From Amoebophrya sp. A120 (lineage: Eukaryota; Protista; Dinoflagellata): a DNA stretch of 64,000 nucleotides. Position 1 is the stretch's first letter. Each line of letters starts with the position of its first letter. The notes under the pieces were generated by a model. That model was given only the letters and a program-made list of their open reading frames with translations, ran no database searches and was not told the DNA's origin. Shown here one piece after another: positions 57,001 through 64,000 of the stretch. Both the position numbers and the translations under genes were made by a program. The stretch is from NCBI GenBank assembly GCA_905178155.1, contig CAJINV010000014.1:1953888-2017887 (forward strand), given 5' to 3'.

Positions 57001-60000
57001 CTTCTCCAACAACCGCTGAAACTTAATACCGTCCTTCACGCCCTCGACGGTGTCCTATGGCAGTGCAAAACTTCGTCCCCTCCCCCTCATTTGTATTGCA
57101 TGAACAGCAATACAAACACCAGGACACGTGGTGGAGCCTGTGCATGACAAATTCACGCGCCTACTGTAGTATTGTTTGGGCTTCCGGAATGATCTGTCAT
57201 GCAAATAGTGCCACAGCAGGGACGAAGGACTAGACTTGGATTCGGTAGTTTGCGTGACAAATGAGGGGGAGCAGGGGGAGTTGTGCACTGTCATATGTCC
57301 CCCGCCTCCTTGTGCAGGTCCTCGATCAGGCTGTCGCGCAACAGGTCGGGTCGCAGAAACTTCTCGTATTTCGCGCTCTTCATGATTCGGTACCGCTGGT
57401 TATGGACGTGTCAGGATCGAAATCGACAAAACCGAAGAACTTGTGATGCATAAAATGTAAGGCACTGAAGGCCTGTATTGGGGGGCAGGCAAATGAGGCC
57501 GATTGCAAGCCTGTTTAGGGGTATGCAATGCGCTGCCAGAGTAGCATGACAGGAGCAGTCTTCTTTGTCCAAACAGCATGAAAGACTGGATTTGGGTGCT
57601 CCCGAAATTTGTCATGCGCCACTCGGAAACTGAGTGTGAGGCCCCAACTGGTATCGATTTTATGCATCGCAACTTTTTTGATTTTGTCAATTTCGATTCT
57701 GACACTTCCATACTGGTTGGACAGCTTCTTCACCTTCATCGCCTTGTTGAACATGATTTGGTGCATGAAGGCCAGCTCCGCCTCCCCCTCCCCCTTGATG
57801 GCGACGTATTGGTCTATGTCCCGCTCGTCCTCTTCCCCCTCCACCATGCTTTTCGACGTTTGCCGGGTGTGTTTCCAGGCGTTTTCGATCTCCTCCGTCA
57901 CGTCCGTTTCCACCATCATGGCGATGTCGGGCTTCTCTTCGAGCAAGTGCGCCATGCGGTTTCGCTCGTTGCGGTACACGCTCGCGGCTTCGAAGTACAT
58001 CGCGTCCGCGATTCGTTTCCAGATCGATCCGCACTCCTGCGGCTTCAGTTTCCAATCCGAATTGTCGACCTGCCGCTCCAGCACGTCTTCGGCCAGCAAG
58101 CGAGTATGAGAGTTGTACACAACTCCCCCTCCCCCTCATTTGTATGGCATGAACAGCAACACAAGCAACAGCGGAAAAGAGGCTTTCGCATGACAAATCT
58201 GCGTGCAGATCGTAGTACAGTTTGAGGTTCCAAAATTTGTCATCCTAGCAGTGCTTACGAGCACGGTGTGAATTTGGTACTTTGCATTACAAATGAGGGG
58301 GAGGGGGAGCTGTGCACTCCCATACCGGGCCTGGAAGATGTCGAACAGCCCCTTGTTGGTGCCCCGTTTCTCCGCCGCCAGAACCTCCCCAGCGGAGGGT
58401 TTTCGCCCCAGTTTCGCCTTCAGGCGCTCCGTGAGCAAACGGTCCTGGTACTCCGTTTCGAGCGTGTGCACCTTCGCAGGTTTTGTGTACTCCTTGACCA
58501 GGACATACTCCATGGCCCGATGCAGCTCGCTCATCAGGTAGCTCTTGGGAAGCTCCACGTCGCCGCGGATTAGGTCGCCGCCGATGTACTTGTTGTGTTT
58601 GAACTCCTCGGGGGTGTCCTCCGTCTCGGTCAGCGCCGCCTGTTGGTACTCCAAATCCGCAGCCAGGTGCTCCGTTATGTGGCCCGCCGCCATGCGCACG
58701 TCCATGCCCGCACGCTGATACAGCCGGCTCTCCCCGATATTGCCGCCGCAGGCAGAGTGCTGGTCGGTCTGAACCATAATGACGTACTCCGCCACCTTCT
58801 TCCACTCCACCAGCGCGATTTCGCGGAGCAAGTTGGTGGCGGTCCACCGGTCGCGGGTATTCAAATTCGACTGCGGGTTTAGAAACATGTCGTCGCGCAG
58901 TTCCTGCTCCGGGGTTGTCTCCCACGAATAGTTGTCGGCGTAGTGCGCGAGCCAGTCCTGACTGAAGTCTTTGTGCTGCTCCATAAATTTCAAAATAAGC
59001 TCGCCCTCGACCTCCTCCGCCTCTTGGACCCTCTCCGCTGGGACTTTACTCTCTCTATGCCGTGCGACTAGCCGCATCTCCTCGCGCTCGGTTGTTCTGC
59101 TCTTCAACTCCTTCATTGCGGAGGTCTTTTTACCTTCCTCGCCCTGTTTTGTTTCTTGTACTTGTTCCTCTTCCACAGTGTGTTGAAGCAGAGACGAACT
59201 GGTGCTAGTTTGTGCTCCTGCTGGGGGAGAAGATTCATGCTCATCTTGTTCCAGCACATGATCAGGACTCCGACTTCTTGTTGATTTCCTGGCATCAGCA
59301 TCTGAAGACGCCGCTCGACGCTGACGCCCCCGCTTCCGCTTCTGCCTCATGGCTTTTTGGAGGAGAACCTTCTCCAGCAGCTGAGACTGAAGCTCTTTTT
59401 TCTTTGCCGTTTTTTGTTCTGCGAATGATGATGAAGATGATGAGCTAGCTACTGATAGCGACCTCTCCTGGGAAGTAGTTCTGCTTCTACTTTTGCTCGT
59501 CCCGCCCGTTCTTCGCGCCAATTTTTGATGATTTCTTGCCGTTTCAGTTTTAGTTTTTGCCTCCCCCACCTGCAGCTGGGAGGACGTGCTGGACGTTGCT
59601 CCCGCTTGCATATTTGTGTCTACTTCTAGTACGCTGTCACCAAGGGAGGTACTACTCCCATCTCCGCGGCCAGAAAGTGCGTCGTTTTCGGTACTGCTCC
59701 TGGCACCGGAAGATTCTGATGACAGCTTTCCCAGTGGTTCGGCTAGTTCCTGAGATGAACCTTGGACACCTGGCGCAGAAGAAGTAGCGGCAACCGCTGG
59801 CAGCTTGTGTGCTGTCGTAGATGTTGACATCGTGTTGGTCTTCACGTCAGTTGCGCTCCTACCTGATGATGTTACTTTTTCTACGGGTTCCGGAATCTCC
59901 TTCGCGGCCCCTGCTTCATCTGGTACTGCTCCTCCTACGAGAGATGTAGTTGACAGCTCTTCTTGTTCTTTCACCTGCAGCATGCTCGCAGCACTGGAGC

Positions 60001-63000
60001 TGCTAGAAGTTGCGCTACTCGCAGCAGCAGCGGCTGCTGCTTGTGCTGCGCCGTTGGCTTGATTCTCCAGATCCTCTTCGTGCTGGCGTAGCAGCTCTTC
60101 GCACTCCGTGTCGCCCGGTTCGCATTCTTTCGTGATGACGTTTCCATCTTCGTCGACGTCAAGGTCCGCAAAGTGGTAGTAGAGGTCGCCGCCCTCTTAT
60201 CGCAAGAAAAAAATGTTTCACTGTGAACCTGTGACGCAGAGAACGAAACACCAAAGTGTTTGTCTTGCTACACCTGCAACGCAATGGATTTTTAAGCGTG
60301 TTTTCCCTTGGTAAACGCGCATGGCGAACTTTCTGTATCATGTGTAGCACACTTGTGATGCAGATCTTGCAAAACCATCACAGTGAAACAGTTTTTTCGT
60401 GGGATACCTCTTCTAGCGCTTCCAACTGTTCCCGCATCTGCTGGATCTCCAGCTCGATATCCCGTTCTCGCACCTTGTCGCTCAAGTGCTCCGCCTTCAG
60501 GATTTGTTTTTGCAGAATTCCCTCGGTCTTCAGATGGAACGCGTAGTTATACCGCATCTCGTCTCCGTAGATGTCCTCCATGATGTCGCGAAATTTCTCC
60601 GCGCGGAACCGCCTGGCCCGAATGTACTCGTTGATCCTCTCCTCGGCGGCCAGGAGCGGGATCTTGGGATGAATGTTCCCGTCCACCCCCGACACGCCGA
60701 GCTTGTCCGTGGTGAGCTTCGACGTACTTAAATGGATGTCCTTATGGATGTGTCAGGATCGAAACCCTCAAAGTTGAAAGAGTTTGTCATGCATAAATCC
60801 GATACCAGTCGGAAGCCCTTTTATCAAGCGGCGCATGACAAATTTTCCTATCACCGGGATCCAGTTTGTAATGCTGTTTGGTCCTCACTGAGGACTGCTT
60901 TTGTCATGCTACTTTAGCAGCTCTATTTCAAACCCTAAACAGGCTCACAATCGGCCTCACTTGCCATCCTGGCAAGACAGGCACTTCATGCCTTGCATTT
61001 TATGCATGGCAAATCAAAATCATTTCAACTTTGTCGATTTCAAACCTGACGCTTCCATAGTCCTTGCATGTGCCCCAGGCGGCATCTTCCAGGTCCTCCA
61101 GGGTGGCGGAAGTCAGGTCCTGCAAAAAGTTCGCGTTGTGGTCCGTGATCTTGCTGCCCACTTCCCGTTGTCGCAGTTCGTTGATGTTCCAGGTGGCTAG
61201 GCGCTCCTTCTTCTTCCGCTCCTCGTCGATGTCCGACAAAATTTGCCCTTCGTTCCGCATCTCGTATCGGTACCCGAGCACCGTGTCCTGTCCCGGCTGC
61301 GGCAAACACTCGTCCGGTGTGAGGAACATGAGAAACCGCAAGTGCTCCCGGATTTTGGTTGGCAACACCATGCCCACCGCGGCAAAGTAGTTGCGCGTCG
61401 CGTCCGCTTCCCGCGCCGCCTGGGTGCGGCCCTCGCGCCGGGTGCTGGTTATGCTGCCACCCGCATCCCCACCGCGCTCGTACCGGTCTACCTTGGTGTA
61501 TGACCGGAGCGGGTCCAACAGAATGAACGCGTCCCCGAACATCGTGTCCCGGTACGATGTGGTGGAGTCCTTGCCGCCGAAGAGGCGTCCGCTCCAACTG
61601 TTTGCGCCGCTGTGGGCCAGCAGGTCTGCCCGCAGTCCCAGAGCGTTGGTGGTCTTGGGGAACTCAGATTCCTCCACATCCTCATCCAACAGACCAGCGT
61701 CGTTGCTCGCAGGCAATAGTTTATTTTTCGCAGCTGCTCTTGTTCCTGTTCTGGCTCTTGCTTCTTGCTTCGCCTCCTGCTGCTCCGACGTCGTAGAAGC
61801 TGCAACTGCGTGCCGTCGTGCCACTCGTCCGCCCTCGCCTACCTTCATCATACCGGAAGCAAGACCTTCCCTTGCCGTTTGATGCTTTTCCATATTTTTT
61901 TCCATTTGTTCCTCGGTCCGCTCGCCCGTCTTGGACATTTGGAGAAACGATGAAGCAGAGGCAGCAGTAGAACTACTCGACGCGGCGCTGGAAGACGACG
62001 AGAGAAGTCCACTCCCTTGCTCAGCCTTGGTCGCTTCCGCCTTCATTTTTCGCTGTTCCTTGTACTGTTTTACGAGTTCCATCCGCTTGTCCTTCGGTAT
62101 CTGAGTGACCCAATACTTTTCGAGTTCCTCTTTTCGTTTCTCCACCTCGTCGGTGGCAAGTTGACAGAATTTGTCGTTCTCCAACTCGTATGAACTGCAA
62201 AAGTATCGTACTCGTACAAATGCATATACAAATTTATTTCTCAGCATCATCATCATCATCATCATCATCATCATTGAGAAATAAAATTTGTAATGCGGAT
62301 TTACCTTAATAAGACAAAGATTTGTAATGTAAGACTTGCATTATATACGAATACGATACTTTTGCACAGGATAACTCGCGTCCGTTTTCGAAAGAGCAGA
62401 CCTCTGCCCGCTTGTCGAGCCTCTCTTGCAAAGGAGCGACTCCTATCAAATGCAAAAATGTCTGGGTCTGGAAGAGTTGGAACCTGTGATGCAAACTCTG
62501 GAACACGCAAAAACTTTTGTTGCGTGAGCGCCAAAAGCTGTCCATTTCTTGGTCCGCAAGTAGGAAGTTTCTGATGCGGGACAGGCATCATGAGGCGTGC
62601 TCAAAACCTGTGATGCTTTTGCCTGCATCAGACGCCATTTGCGTGATCCGAAATATGCATGACAAATCTCGTAATCTTCCAGACCCAGACATTTTTGCAT
62701 TTGATAACTCCTGACTCCGGTGCTCCCGGGTCGGCCTGTAGCCACTCTTCTGGCGGCCTCAAAGCCTCCGCTTCCAACGCGTCCATTTTCGCGCTACCAT
62801 CCTCGGCGTTTTCAGAATTTATGCATTGCAATTATCATGTAGTTGTTACATGGGTGGTCTACAACTTTTAGAAGTCTATGTTGACATTCGCATTTTTGCA
62901 ATAGAGTGGCCCGCCCTTGTTGTAAGTACGGTAGAACATCACCAGCATCAGAAGTTTCGCGGGCCGCCTATTCTTGCTGATTCATACCTGAAGGAGCGCG

Positions 63001-64000
63001 TGTATAATGACAAAGAAGTGCCATCAACCTCCGATATTAAAAGAATTCTTGATGGCCATGCATCAATTATCGCATCCATGCGTGACAGCTCTAGGTCTTG
63101 TTGTCCTTCAAATCTTGTCGCGTCACGAATTGTATTGTATCCAGACCCGGACGACAACTACATGTGTGCAATGCATAGCGTTGGGATCCTCGCCATTCAG
63201 GTGCTTCACGTCTTTCAGCGCTTTCTCCTCCCACTTCTCCATGATTTGTTGCGTCTCCAGCGCTATCCTGTGCAAAAGTATCGCACTCGTATATCATGCA
63301 GTCACGAATTACAAATCTTTCTCTTAAACTTAAGTTAAATCAGCATTACAAATTCTATCTCTCATGCTGAGGAAATTTCAATTTGTAATGCATTTATACG
63401 AGTACGACAATTTTGCAATTCATAAGCGCGACCGGGTCCATCACGGAATCTTGGGCGTAATAGGTCGACAGCAGCATGGGCAGTGCCTCCTTGGATTTTT
63501 CCTTGACCTGCTCTAACAGGTCGTCCTCCTGATCTCTTTCCCACCCCGTATCGTTAGAAAAAATCGGCCCTCCCCATATCGACAAGGCACACCTCAGAAA
63601 ATTTGTCATGGTGATTTGTAGCCACAAATCGCATCTGTGATGCAAGAAAGCAACGCCACAGGCTCCGCCCAATGGTGCAGGCGGTTTGTAATGCTGTTGG
63701 GCCTGCTACGGCATAGACGTTCCTCATGCTAAGTGCCTAGGCCAAAACCTCTCGACTCCGGCACGATATGGGCCTGCAGTCCTCTACTGCAAGACAAATC
63801 TGACTTGTGGACGCAAATCCGGCATCACAAATTTCGTTTCGATGTGGGGAGGGGGGATTTTTCCTTGTGATACCCCGCTTGCCAGAACCACGAGGCCCGG
63901 GTTTCCTCGGCGTCGATCGAGGCCAGCAGCTGCCGTTCCGAGGCCATCGCAATCTCCCCGGCACTATGAACTGCAAAAGTATCGTACTCGTATAAATGCA
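54064..64000 (-). CDS. Very large hypothetical protein (>2050 aa, 5' end outside window) with one C-proximal TM helix, interrupted by 16 introners
   Basis: Removing 15 complete elements +5 nt each from 54064-63959 leaves 6177 nt (divisible by 3) and each junction translates in frame; TM-like LLFCVLFAIGLWLALVSVL. Confidence 0.85.
54426..54583. mobile_element. Introner-like element, family C
   Basis: TSD TCTAC; removal gives WCSR|SRTAIN. Confidence 0.95.
54679..54837. mobile_element. Introner-like element, family G
   Basis: TIR core AATTTCCCGC.CA.G.ACAAA; TSD GGAGA/GGACA; removal gives LALVS|VLRTCF. Confidence 0.85.
55913..56064. mobile_element. Introner-like element, family C
   Basis: TSD AGCCC/AGTCC; removal gives DEED|YYHDDD. 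Confidence 0.9.
56122..56403. mobile_element. Introner-like element, family H (D-like ends)
   Basis: TIR TATCCTG.GT.AAAACGTCCCCACCCCATAGT; TSD GCGCT; removal gives IKQR|VGFVIP. Confidence 0.95.
56476..56779. mobile_element. Introner-like element, family A2
   Basis: TSD TTGGA; removal gives MQSN|LIDMQV. Confidence 0.95.
57056..57295. mobile_element. Introner-like element, family I
   Basis: TIR TATG.CAGTGCA.AACT...CTCCCCCTCATTTGT; TSD TGTCC; removal gives EAGD|TVEGVK. Confidence 0.95.
57401..57712. mobile_element. Introner-like element, family A
   Basis: TSD CTGGT; removal gives LSNQ|RYRIMK. Confidence 0.95.
58105..58324. mobile_element. Introner-like element, family I
   Basis: TIR core CTCCCCCTCCCCCTCATTTGTA; TSD GCGAG/CCGGG; removal gives FQAR|LLAEDV. 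Confidence 0.9.
60198..60406. mobile_element. Introner-like element, family J (GT-AG compatible)
   Basis: TIR TATC.CA.GAAAAAA.TGTTTCACTGTGA; TSD CCTCT; removal gives ALEE|GGDLYY. Confidence 0.95.
60743..61059. mobile_element. Introner-like element, family A
   Basis: TSD GTCCT; removal gives TCKD|IHLSTS. Confidence 0.95.
62189..62373. mobile_element. Introner-like element, family C, with (CAT)10 expansion
   Basis: TSD ACTCG; removal gives NGRE|LENDKF. Confidence 0.95.
62444..62706. mobile_element. Introner-like element, family B
   Basis: Perfect TIR TATCAAATGCAAAAATGTCTGGGTCTGGAAGA; TSD ACTCC; removal gives ESGV|APLQER. Confidence 0.95.
62820..63177. mobile_element. Aged (B-like) introner-like element
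   Basis: TIR TATGCATTGCA...CATGTAGTTG; TSD GAATT/GCGTT; removal gives EDPNA|ENAED. Confidence 0.8.
63264..63424. mobile_element. Introner-like element, family C
   Basis: TSD AGCGC; reverse orientation relative to 62189 and 55913; removal gives PVAL|ETQQI. Confidence 0.95.
63549..63872. mobile_element. Introner-like element, family D
   Basis: TSD CCCCG; reverse orientation relative to 16352-16673; removal gives WQAG|WERDQE. Confidence 0.95.
63965..64000. mobile_element. Family C element, truncated by window edge
   Basis: TATGAACTGCAAAAGTATCGTACTCGTATAAATGCA. Confidence 0.85.

Noticed and set aside
62245-62274. Poly-Met N-terminus of ORF 61000-62274
   Set aside because: It is a (CAT)10 microsatellite inside an introner; the real frame continues upstream.

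Overview
Eukaryotic, intron-rich DNA. All nine credible genes lie on the minus strand. The gene content, unidirectional gene array and non-canonical TIR introns point (by inference) to a parasitic syndinian dinoflagellate such as Amoebophrya. Recognisable genes are a selenocysteine thioredoxin reductase (C-terminus ANC-UGA-G-stop), a single-domain voltage-gated cation channel with a TLESW filter and EF-hands, and a TMEM222/RTE1 (DUF778) protein; the rest are large low-complexity hypothetical proteins. The dominant feature is about 41 short (150-358 bp) introner-like elements from about 10 TIR families. Each starts and ends with TA, has imperfect terminal inverted repeats and sits in coding sequence; 27 have a perfect 5-bp target-site duplication (TSD) and the rest are decayed or truncated. 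Removing an element plus 5 nt restores the reading frame at every junction I translated. Elements occur in both orientations relative to transcription, almost never offer GT-AG ends, and share an internal GCATGACAAA-type motif. No autonomous transposase is visible. Coordinates and translations were worked out by eye, and splicing is inferred from frame restoration, not from RNA data.
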